Of a stretch of 24,212 nucleotides of DNA, positions 16,094-24,212 are shown piece by piece. Made by a program: the position numbers and the translations under genes. Below the pieces are notes generated by a model. It was not told the DNA's origin. It did not search any database and saw only the letters and a list, made by a program, of their open reading frames with translations. This stretch comes from an archaeon (GTDB lineage: Archaea > EX4484-52 > B79-G9). The stretch is taken from positions 1-24,212 of the forward strand of contig JBDRKP010000030.1 in NCBI GenBank assembly GCA_043813875.1, given 5' to 3'. The first letter of the stretch is position 1; the number at the start of each line of letters is the position of its first letter.

Positions 16094-17536
16094 ATGGACA
16101 GGAACACGTATACAAAAGAAGAGCGAGAGACACAGGCAGAACTCTACATCGACTTCATACACAAGCACGGGAAACTGCCAGACAGCATAGACTCGCTCTC
16201 CGAGATGTACAACATAAGATCAGACAAAAACGACGACACGGCCGTAGGACAGATAGGGACGCACCTTGAAGGCAAAAAAATCGCGATCGTCGTATCAGGC
16301 GGTATCGCTGCCTACAAGGCTCCATCGCTTGCAAGACACTACCGCCAATACGGCGCAGAAATCACATTCTACCCGACAAAAGACGCCCTGAGATTCATAA
16401 CTGAGATCCCATTAGGGTGGTCATCAGCAGGCGACGTCATAACAGAACTGACAGGCAAAGCAGAACACCTGTATGAGTACGACGCATATATCGTAGCCCC
16501 GGCCACCCTGAACATCATCGGCGACATCGCAAACGGGCGGGCTGACGACATGGACCCTGCAAAATCACTGCTCACATCAGCATTCGGCAGGATCCAGGAC
16601 CCAAAAAACACCTCTGAACTCATCATAGCCCCCGCGATGCATGGATCGATGTACGAAAACCCCGCACTGAAAAAGAACCTGGAATTCCTGAAAGAATACG
16701 GAGTCAAACAGATAGGCCCCGAGATGAAAAACAACAAGGCAAACCTGAAAGACACTCATTCGATAGTGGCATACACCATACGCGAGCTCAGCGACGACCC
16801 GCTGAAAGGCAAAGACATCCTCGTAAACGCCGGCCCATGCTGGGCAAAGATAGACAACGTAAGAGCGATAACGAACATATTCAGGGGACGCCTCGGGATC
16901 GAGATAGCCGAAGAGCTCTATCTGAGAGGAGCCAACGTCAGGCTGATATACGGTCCCGGCGGACTGGACGTCCCGCGCTACATAGACACAATGAACGTCA
17001 GATACTATGAAGACATGTACGACGCCGTCATCCGGGAGATCGAGAATCATGACTACGACGCAGGCATATTCTCATCAGCGATTCCTGACTACAAGCCGAA
17101 AAACGTATTTGACGGCAAGATTAAGTCTGAAGGCGGGATGAACATGATTGAGCTTGACCAGACAGAAAAGATCATAAAGAAAGTAAGGCAGAAGCGCCCC
17201 GACCTCCACATGACCACATTCAAGCTCGAGACAGGCATAACAGAAGACCAGCTGCTCGACATAGGATACAGGAGACTTAAAGACTACGAGATTGTCGTCG
17301 CGAACCTGCTTGATGATATGTCGTCACAGGACCACACAATCCACCCGTCATACATCATGGAAAAGACCGGCAGGATAACAAGAGCATCCACAAAAAAAGG
17401 AACCGCGGGCGCATTGCTTGACACGGTCGGAGCCCACCTCGAAGGCAATATAGAACCACAGACCTTGCTCCAGGAATACTACCTCAAAGAGCTGCACGAA
17501 GGGTTGAAACACCCGCTAGCCTCAATGCGAGCGTAA
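16094..17536 (+). CDS. coaBC: Bifunctional phosphopantothenoylcysteine decarboxylase/synthetase
   Basis: SGGIAAYKA, APATLNIIG.IANG, APAMHGSMY (flavoprotein CoaC). NAGP....IDNVRAITN..G.LG, PDYKP....GKIKS, FKLET, IVVAN (CoaB). ATG 16034 lies inside the repeat element, so 16094 (GGAGATGA RBS) is preferred. Confidence 0.9.
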   Translation: MDRNTYTKEERETQAELYIDFIHKHGKLPDSIDSLSEMYNIRSDKNDDTAVGQIGTHLEGKKIAIVVSGGIAAYKAPSLARHYRQYGAEITFYPTKDALRFITEIPLGWSSAGDVITELTGKAEHLYEYDAYIVAPATLNIIGDIANGRADDMDPAKSLLTSAFGRIQDPKNTSELIIAPAMHGSMYENPALKKNLEFLKEYGVKQIGPEMKNNKANLKDTHSIVAYTIRELSDDPLKGKDILVNAGPCWAKIDNVRAITNIFRGRLGIEIAEELYLRGANVRLIYGPGGLDVPRYIDTMNVRYYEDMYDAVIREIENHDYDAGIFSSAIPDYKPKNVFDGKIKSEGGMNMIELDQTEKIIKKVRQKRPDLHMTTFKLETGITEDQLLDIGYRRLKDYEIVVANLLDDMSSQDHTIHPSYIMEKTGRITRASTKKGTAGALLDTVGAHLEGNIEPQTLLQEYYLKELHEGLKHPLASMRA

Positions 17537-17540
17537 GAGC

Positions 17541-18362
17541 ATGTGCACACTGATCCTCCTGTACCAGCTCCTCGAAGAATATCCTGTCATCCTCGCAGAA
17601 AACAGGGACGCATCCGTATCCTCAGCCGAGATTCCGCCATCCATGGTATCAAGCAACCCCGGGATATATTCTGCGATAGACAAAAGAAGCGGCGGGACAT
17701 GGTTCGGCCTGAATGAAAACAGAGTTGCCCTCGGGCTGACCAACCTCTATTCAAACACAGAGGACATAAGACCAAAAGCATCGCGAGGACAGCTATGCCT
17801 TGAGGCATTGAAGCAGCCGACAGCAATAGATGTATCTATGTACCTAAAAGAGCACTATGACCACAGAAGATACGCCAAAATGAACATACTGGCCGCCGAC
17901 AGATACGACGCGATACTCACGATGTGCGACATCAAGATCGATACTAAAGAACTGGATGAAGGCATACACATACTGACAAACTACAATCTCGCGCATGCAC
18001 CGTCTACCCAGGAAGACATAGACACACGTATAGACTCGGCACACAGGAGAGACCGCGCACTTGAGCTGTCGGAAATATACGGCCTTGACGAAAAGAAAGA
18101 CATAGAAGGTGTACTGGAAATACTAAAGATGATCCTGAGCGACCACCAGAAAACAGCTGACAATCGCGGCTCAGAAAAGAAGAAGTATTTCACAATATGC
18201 TGCCACGACAGAGAAGGCTACGACTGGAAGACCATGTCATCATCGATAATAGCCCTCTCGAAAGCCAGCATAGAAAAAAGCAGATATCTCTACTGCCCGG
18301 GAAATCCCTGCAAAGAAGACAGCGAATATGAGGACTACTCACATATCCTAAAAGAGTGTTGA
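17541..18362 (+). CDS. NRDE/TANGO2-family protein (Ntn-hydrolase-like fold)
   Basis: N-terminal MCTL, LAENRDA (NRDE variant), D..SGGTWFGLNE, LTN, SRGQL, GIHILTN, ICCH...W.TMSSSII. Confidence 0.88.
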   Translation: MCTLILLYQLLEEYPVILAENRDASVSSAEIPPSMVSSNPGIYSAIDKRSGGTWFGLNENRVALGLTNLYSNTEDIRPKASRGQLCLEALKQPTAIDVSMYLKEHYDHRRYAKMNILAADRYDAILTMCDIKIDTKELDEGIHILTNYNLAHAPSTQEDIDTRIDSAHRRDRALELSEIYGLDEKKDIEGVLEILKMILSDHQKTADNRGSEKKKYFTICCHDREGYDWKTMSSSIIALSKASIEKSRYLYCPGNPCKEDSEYEDYSHILKEC

Positions 18363-18363
18363 A

Positions 18364-18975
18364 TTAAGAACCATCAGAAACAGGTGATTTCTGACCATTT
18401 GTTTCCTCAGCAATTATGCCGTCCCATACTTTCTCAGCATGTGTTTTATAGTTTCTGATCTTATCGATAAGATTTTCATTCTTTTGATATATCTCATCTA
18501 CCGCATTTTTCACTTCTTCATAGCACATCTCGACCCATAGATGAGCTTTTGGGATATTTTTTGAATTCAATATGGATGTTATACTAACCGCATTTTGATG
18601 CAGCTGGGAATTGTCTATAAACACATCCATCAAGTCCTTGTTCGACTCTAATCCTGTTCTGATGACATCTATCTGAGGCTTATCGACAGATTTGGATTTA
18701 TAGATACTGTCAGTTATTTGTCGGTAATATTGCTCGAAAAGTGTCAGATAACCATCAACCTCTTCCTTGATTTTTCCTTCGAGAAGAGTTTTACTCTCAG
18801 ACTCCCCATACAATTCACTTCGCTTCATGATATCGATTTCAAAATCTTTCTCCAAGTATCGTTCACCGGACGTTATACCCTTCAGATATCCCATCTCAGT
18901 CATTTCATTGAAAGTAGTCTGAAAATCCTTGAACGTAACATCAAACAATTTTTGCAAATTAGTAGCATCACTCAT
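18364..18975 (-). CDS. Hypothetical helical protein
   Basis: 203-aa acidic ORF with GGTGA RBS and an upstream TATA-like box. No motif recognised. Confidence 0.7.
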   Translation of the reverse strand: MSDATNLQKLFDVTFKDFQTTFNEMTEMGYLKGITSGERYLEKDFEIDIMKRSELYGESESKTLLEGKIKEEVDGYLTLFEQYYRQITDSIYKSKSVDKPQIDVIRTGLESNKDLMDVFIDNSQLHQNAVSITSILNSKNIPKAHLWVEMCYEEVKNAVDEIYQKNENLIDKIRNYKTHAEKVWDGIIAEETNGQKSPVSDGS

Positions 18976-19066
18976 AGCATCACCAGGATAATTCCAGTTT
19001 ATATAATTTCAACAATATTTAAATATCTTGCGATTTTATCTACTAAAAAATAGTATAATGTGGCAA

Positions 19067-20269
19067 TCATTTCCCGGCGACGATCTTGATGATATCATCG
19101 GCCTTGAGCACATAATCCTTCCCGACGACCTGCTTTGTCCTCGCATTTATCGCCCTGATGAAATGGTCGCCGATATCCGTATGTATCTTATATGCGAGAT
19201 CAAGCGCATTAGACCCCTTCCTGATAAGTATGGCATCCGGGAACGCCTGTCCGTTCTTGTTGGAAAAATGAGTCTCATTCTCAACAGGATAGACGACGAT
19301 ATATCCGAGGACATCAAAAACAGCCTTGTTCAATGCAGTGACAACCCCCGTGGAGCCGTACTTTTTGAGCACATTATCGCGCAGGAATTCAAGCCCCTTC
19401 TTCTGCTTATCAGTCAATGCCACGCCATCTTTCACCTTGAAATCAGCGCCACCGGGCACATAATCTATCAACCCGGATGATGCCGCATTCCGCAGCGCAA
19501 GCTCAGCCTCACAGCTAGCCGGTATTATCACCTTATCTGTATATTTCGCACGAATCATTTCAAGATTAGCAGCGCTCGTGGGCATATCGATCTTATTGGC
19601 AAGGATAATCGAACATTTAGACAGACGTATAAGCTCAAACACAAATTCTTTGAGTTCATCAGGAGAAAGCGCCATGATATCCTCCGGCCCCTTCCCCATG
19701 GAATCAAGCGCAGCGACAATATCAGTCTCAGTTATTCCGTAAGTGGACAGGTTCTCAACAAAAAACACAAGCGGGACACTCTTCAGCTGCAAAATCAGGC
19801 GCGTGTACTTATCCCACTTGGACGATATGATGCCATAAAGCCACATACCTATCTCATTCTCAAGAAACTCAACCTCCTGTGTGACATCAGCCCCGTCCGT
19901 ACCCTCGCCATTCACATCCGTCTTCCCCGAACAGTCGATGACATGGATCATCACATCAGCAAGCGAGATGTCAGAAAGGAACTGGTTGCCCATCCCCTTC
20001 CCCTCATGAGCGAGCGGCACAAGCCCGGCAATATCGACAAGCTCGACAGGCACAAGCCGTATCCCGTCGATGCACCTGGAATTCTGCGGCGCGCACTTGA
20101 CCTTGAACTCAGCGCACGGGCATTTCGTGGTGACAAACCCCACCCCGACATTCGGCTTGATAGTCGTGAACGGGTAATTGGCGATATCGACATCTTTCAG
20201 CGTAACAGCCTTGAAAAAAGTGGACTTGCCCTTGTTAGGCGCACCCACAACACCGATTTTGATAGCCAT
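19067..20269 (-). CDS. ychF: Archaeal YchF/OLA1-type translation-associated P-loop NTPase
   Basis: GAPNKGKST, ANYPFTTIKPN, Cys-rich archaeal insert, DIAGLV..AHEGKGMGNQFL, NKID, C-terminal TGS domain. Confidence 0.93.
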   Translation of the reverse strand: MAIKIGVVGAPNKGKSTFFKAVTLKDVDIANYPFTTIKPNVGVGFVTTKCPCAEFKVKCAPQNSRCIDGIRLVPVELVDIAGLVPLAHEGKGMGNQFLSDISLADVMIHVIDCSGKTDVNGEGTDGADVTQEVEFLENEIGMWLYGIISSKWDKYTRLILQLKSVPLVFFVENLSTYGITETDIVAALDSMGKGPEDIMALSPDELKEFVFELIRLSKCSIILANKIDMPTSAANLEMIRAKYTDKVIIPASCEAELALRNAASSGLIDYVPGGADFKVKDGVALTDKQKKGLEFLRDNVLKKYGSTGVVTALNKAVFDVLGYIVVYPVENETHFSNKNGQAFPDAILIRKGSNALDLAYKIHTDIGDHFIRAINARTKQVVGKDYVLKADDIIKIVAGK

Positions 20270-20354
20270 ATGTTTAATACCGGAACAACATTTAAATATC
20301 TAGACCTTGAACCCATCGCAATTTTTATAAAACTCAACATAACCAATATAAATC

Positions 20355-20735
20355 ATGTCCGACGAAAAATGCTCATTCTGCAGAAAAAAATTCGACGAAT
20401 TCCCATTCACATGCAAATTCTGCGGCAGGGAATTCTGCTCAGAGCATCGCCTCCCCGAGAACCACGAATGCCCTGGCCTTGAAAGATACAAAGAAAAACA
20501 GCAGGAATCACTAGGCCAAAAAAAGCCCGCCCAGCCCATAGAATACTTCTACCACAAGGACCGCTTCGCACCAAAAAAGAAAAAGAAACCAATAATGCCA
20601 TACGCGATAATCGCAATCGGCATCATCATAATGATTTCCGCATTCATCACAGGCCAGATTCCGCTATACTACGTCGGCTTCATACTCATTCTCGCAGGCA
20701 TGATTAAATTATTCATGCCTCAATTCCAGGCATAA
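20355..20735 (+). CDS. AN1-type zinc finger protein with two C-terminal TM helices
   Basis: CSFC...PFTCKFCGREFCSEHRLPENHEC motif followed by a hydrophobic hairpin. Confidence 0.88.
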   Translation: MSDEKCSFCRKKFDEFPFTCKFCGREFCSEHRLPENHECPGLERYKEKQQESLGQKKPAQPIEYFYHKDRFAPKKKKKPIMPYAIIAIGIIIMISAFITGQIPLYYVGFILILAGMIKLFMPQFQA

Positions 20736-22726
20736 TCCATCTTGAGATGTTCTATGTCGCCCCAGTTTATGACCTCATTGACACCTAAAAGCAGTTCATG
20801 CCAGTAAGCCTTCGCAGCCTTCATCTCATCCTCATCGAACCTCCTGATCCACTCATCGATTTCAGGATTGGTCCCGAATACGTCGCGCGCCTCAGTTAGA
20901 TATGTCCTGATGACCTCGATGACCTTCTTCGTCTCCCAGAACGTCGGCACGACACCAGCCTTCAAATCATAATCCTTAAGATCCTTCAAGACCTGCCTGC
21001 AGTGCTCATAATAATCCATCTTGATTCCATATCCCTCATTGATCAGCGTCCCGACAAGCTTCTCAGACCAGCCGCGATGAAACCTGCATATCCCGCTATT
21101 GCCAGAGAAAAGCTCCTTCACTGACCTCTCGGCAGACATCTTCCCAAGCACCTTTGGAGGATAGAACTCATTGCCGTAATAAGTATAGAACTTTCCCGGC
21201 ATCTGCAGCGGTATATAGAACCCTGGCACCCAGTACTGGCACGGAGCGATATACCCATCCATCCCGTACGGCACGTAATTAGCAAGATCCGAGAACCTCA
21301 AACCGTTGACACGATCCGGATATAATTCATCGAGCTTCTTCACAGCCGAACGCATCCCGTGCGCGAACAGCTTAGCAAAATCCGTCTTCTGATAAGCGAC
21401 ATCATAAGCGAGCTTCGCGCCGATATCAGCATGCTTGTTTGAATCATCCATCTTGAAAGTCATGGGATCAAAATTCGGCATGACCTCAACCCCTACCTCA
21501 TCCATCGTAAGAAGTCCCTTCTGCATCGACTCAAGCACAAAAGACACGATATTGCCGAAACAGATGGCATCAAAACCCATCCCTTCGACGGCACCAGCAA
21601 TCTTCTCGGCAGCCCTCTGGTCAAATATACCGCAATTCGGCCCTAATGCCTCATAAGGCTCATAATCTTTCTTCTTGTCACCCTTATACTTCTTGCACAC
21701 CGCAGGACACGGCTCGCCGCACGTCCTCCAGTTCTTGGTATCGATTGTCTCCTCATTGAACTGCTTAAGATAATGATCCTTGACCAGCGTCTCATAAAGC
21801 TCATTCCTCTTCGCCCGGGGTAGATGGATAGAACTCCAGTTGAACATCGGAAGCCAGCTGCCGATTGTCGACATATTCACCCCGAAAGTACCGCCGCTAT
21901 TGTATTTCTCGACATACCTGTACTTCTCAGTCGACTTCCTTGCAGAATCCGTCATATTCGCCCCGAGATTATCCATGAAAATCTTATTGACATCATCCAT
22001 GTCCTTGAGGTTCTTCGGGCCAAACACCCGGTCATCCCTGTCGCCTCCATAGACGATAGCGACGACATTATGCGCCCGCATAAGAACAGAACCGAAACCG
22101 CCCCTGCCAGCCCATCCGTCCGAGCCCCGGACGATATTGCCGTTCCTCACGACCATCGTATTTATTGCGCCCATATTGGTATAAAGAGCCGAAGGCCCGA
22201 CCGCAAGCACGCGGAAATCAAGATATATCTTATTCTTCAGGAACTCATCCTTGTACTTGCCGACAACATATTCATGAAGAGCATAGATACCCGAATCATC
22301 CTTGGAATATATCTTCATCAATGAATCAAATTCAATAGGATAGAACCTGACAGAAGACTTGCCTGAGATATTCTTGATCACAACAACACTCGGCTTATCG
22401 CACTTGCCTTCGATCTTGACAAGATCAACTCCTGTCTTGTAAAGCGGCAGCGCTGCGCCGCCGATAGTACTCAAAAAAAGCGTCTCGACAACAGGAGACC
22501 GCCCGACAATGATCAGCCTGTGCGTTCCCGGCATCTTGCTTCCGGCAAGAGGTCCTGCGCCGAATATGAAACTGTTCTTCGGATCAAACACCCCGTACTC
22601 ATAAGTCTTGTTCTTCAGATGCACATCCACGGCATAATCAACAACACCCAGTATCTTATCCGACTCTATAGAAGTATATTTGCTTGAACCTTTCCCTGCA
22701 TCAATCTCAATGATTTTCTTGATCAT
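20720..22726 (-). CDS. gor: Glyceraldehyde-3-phosphate:ferredoxin oxidoreductase (GAPOR), W/Mo-pterin AOR family
   Basis: GPLAGSKMPGTHRL, WAGRGGFGSVLMRAHNVVAI, GGTFG, NWRTCGEPCPAVCKK, YEPYEALGP, MGFDAI, CRFHRGW. Collinear with euryarchaeal GAPOR as recalled. Confidence 0.88.
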   Translation of the reverse strand: MIKKIIEIDAGKGSSKYTSIESDKILGVVDYAVDVHLKNKTYEYGVFDPKNSFIFGAGPLAGSKMPGTHRLIIVGRSPVVETLFLSTIGGAALPLYKTGVDLVKIEGKCDKPSVVVIKNISGKSSVRFYPIEFDSLMKIYSKDDSGIYALHEYVVGKYKDEFLKNKIYLDFRVLAVGPSALYTNMGAINTMVVRNGNIVRGSDGWAGRGGFGSVLMRAHNVVAIVYGGDRDDRVFGPKNLKDMDDVNKIFMDNLGANMTDSARKSTEKYRYVEKYNSGGTFGVNMSTIGSWLPMFNWSSIHLPRAKRNELYETLVKDHYLKQFNEETIDTKNWRTCGEPCPAVCKKYKGDKKKDYEPYEALGPNCGIFDQRAAEKIAGAVEGMGFDAICFGNIVSFVLESMQKGLLTMDEVGVEVMPNFDPMTFKMDDSNKHADIGAKLAYDVAYQKTDFAKLFAHGMRSAVKKLDELYPDRVNGLRFSDLANYVPYGMDGYIAPCQYWVPGFYIPLQMPGKFYTYYGNEFYPPKVLGKMSAERSVKELFSGNSGICRFHRGWSEKLVGTLINEGYGIKMDYYEHCRQVLKDLKDYDLKAGVVPTFWETKKVIEVIRTYLTEARDVFGTNPEIDEWIRRFDEDEMKAAKAYWHELLLGVNEVINWGDIEHLKMDYAWN

Positions 22727-22890
22727 TCAACCACCCAATATAATATTTGTCAAAGTTCCTTATATAATTGACATCGTCTATGAAATAACAAATTTCACCA
22801 AAAACCAAAAGAGGTCAAATATATGGAAACGCCATGAGTATAATAGTTATGGCGTTAACAATATAATTTACAAATGAGCGCCCAATAAAC

Positions 22891-23304
22891 CTAATCACCG
22901 ATAATCACTTCTCTTTCGACACTCACGACGAACCTGTTGTATAGCCATATCAGGATGGCGCCAAAGATGATTACCGCAATGATCACCGCAAGAAACGTCG
23001 CCAAAGACGATACACCCGGACCGCGCACCCCGAGCGGCCCGCCGCCCGTATCATCATCCTTAGTAAGGGAATCGATCTTCTCAATTATAAGATCAAGAAT
23101 AGACCCGCAATCTTCCAGGCATGAATCCTTCGACTCAAACGGGTCGCAATACCCGTTTCCGCAGAAACCGACATTGTACCTGTCATCCTCGCAGCTGTCA
23201 TCCCACATGCAATTCTCCTGGTAGGATAATCCGCCAAGATAGACAAATGAGATTAACAGGGAAAACATCAAAACTTCATATCTCCTATATCCATCATATC
23301 TCAT
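22891..23304 (-). CDS. Small membrane-anchored protein with a Cys-rich CGNGxC..E...C..DC motif
   Basis: N-terminal hydrophobic segment, CGNGYCDPFESKDSCLEDC, C-terminal TM helix. Confidence 0.75.
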   Translation of the reverse strand: MRYDGYRRYEVLMFSLLISFVYLGGLSYQENCMWDDSCEDDRYNVGFCGNGYCDPFESKDSCLEDCGSILDLIIEKIDSLTKDDDTGGGPLGVRGPGVSSLATFLAVIIAVIIFGAILIWLYNRFVVSVEREVIIGD

Positions 23305-23439
23305 ATCAAATAATTGCTCATCATTATTTATATTGATTGAGGCTCACACTAAAAATTAAAGTCCAAAAAATACATTTAAATAATTTACAGCACAGATATA
23401 ATTGAAATCATTAATTCTGTACTCTATGTTGTGCTGCAT

Positions 23440-24212
23440 ATGATAATACCATTCAAGAACATCAAACACTACATCTTCGATCTCGACGGAACCATATGGA
23501 CATACAGGGACCTCCTGCCTGAAGCGAACTATGTCATAGACCGCATCAGGCGGAAAGAAAAAGAGATCCATTTCACGACAAACAACACCCTGCTTTCAAG
23601 ATCAGACTACGCAAAAAAGCTTCTGAACCTCGGGATAAAGACAACAAAAGAGCACATATTCTCAGCAGGCTATGTCGCATCCAAATACTTCGAAGAGAAA
23701 GGCATACAGGACTTATATCTTATCGGGGAGCACGGCCTCATCCAGGACCTTTCAGATGCAGGCGTCAGAGTATCTGAAAACGCGAATGATGTCCTGATCG
23801 GTATAGACAGGAACTTCAATTATTCCAAGCTGAAACACGCAGCAGACCTGATAAATAAAGGCGCTGAAGTCTACTGCACAGGAATATCAAAATACTTCCG
23901 GGTCGGAACCGACCTTTATCCCGGCGAGGCCCCCATAATAAAAGCCATAGAGACCCTCACAGGCAAGATGCCCATACACTTAGGCAAGCCGTCAGACGTA
24001 TTCAAGGCAAGATTATCGACAGACTTAACCTTATTCCCCGAAGACGTCCTTCTTGTAGGCGACGACCTCACCGAAGACATAGTATTCGCCAACAAATGCG
24101 GCTTCAAGAGCGCCCTGGTCCTCACGGGCAACACCTCAAAAGAGCAGGCAGAAGAGGCGACAGGTCTGAAAAAGCCGGGCGCCATAATCCGCGACCTGAA
24201 AGAGATAGTCAC
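23440..24212 (+). CDS. HAD-IIA (NagD-like) phosphatase, runs off the window end
   Basis: Absent from the ORF track because no stop falls in the window. Hand translation gives MIIPFKNIKHYIFDLDGTIW...FTTNN...LGKPS...VGDDLTEDI.FAN..G...LVLTG. Confidence 0.92.
   Translation, partial: MIIPFKNIKHYIFDLDGTIWTYRDLLPEANYVIDRIRRKEKEIHFTTNNTLLSRSDYAKKLLNLGIKTTKEHIFSAGYVASKYFEEKGIQDLYLIGEHGLIQDLSDAGVRVSENANDVLIGIDRNFNYSKLKHAADLINKGAEVYCTGISKYFRVGTDLYPGEAPIIKAIETLTGKMPIHLGKPSDVFKARLSTDLTLFPEDVLLVGDDLTEDIVFANKCGFKSALVLTGNTSKEQAEEATGLKKPGAIIRDLKEIV

Noticed and set aside
23356..24212. Minus-strand ORFs 23356-23571 and 23916-24212
   Set aside because: Antisense to the HAD-IIA gene on the plus strand.
1..24212. 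tRNA, rRNA, RNase P or SRP RNA genes, and an autonomous transposase or integrase
   Set aside because: No recognisable motifs were found by eye in intergenic regions or ORFs; divergent RNAs cannot be excluded without a covariance search.

Overview
Archaeal chromosomal segment. TFB, an archaeal YchF, DUF1512, GAPOR, a COG1361/ABC operon and BRE/TATA promoters make it archaeal; a DPANN-type lineage is my inference from gene style. Housekeeping genes (ABC exporter operon, XPD/Rad3 helicase, tfb, coaBC, ychF, gor, HAD-IIA phosphatase) alternate with AT-rich orphan ORFs and gene relics (truncated HEPN toxin, possible SOD 5' stub). Three things stand out. (1) A family of four short TATA-bounded palindromic elements (8727-8765, 12707-12855, 14939-14984, 15897-16063) keeps its ends and a modular hairpin core while the stems covary; removing one copy with a TA duplication at CTAG restores a broken reading frame. 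(2) A stand-alone homologue of geranyl-diphosphate C-methyltransferase has no terpene synthase nearby. (3) coaBC is followed 4 bp later by a TANGO2/NRDE gene. All family assignments come from motifs recognised from memory; no searches were run.
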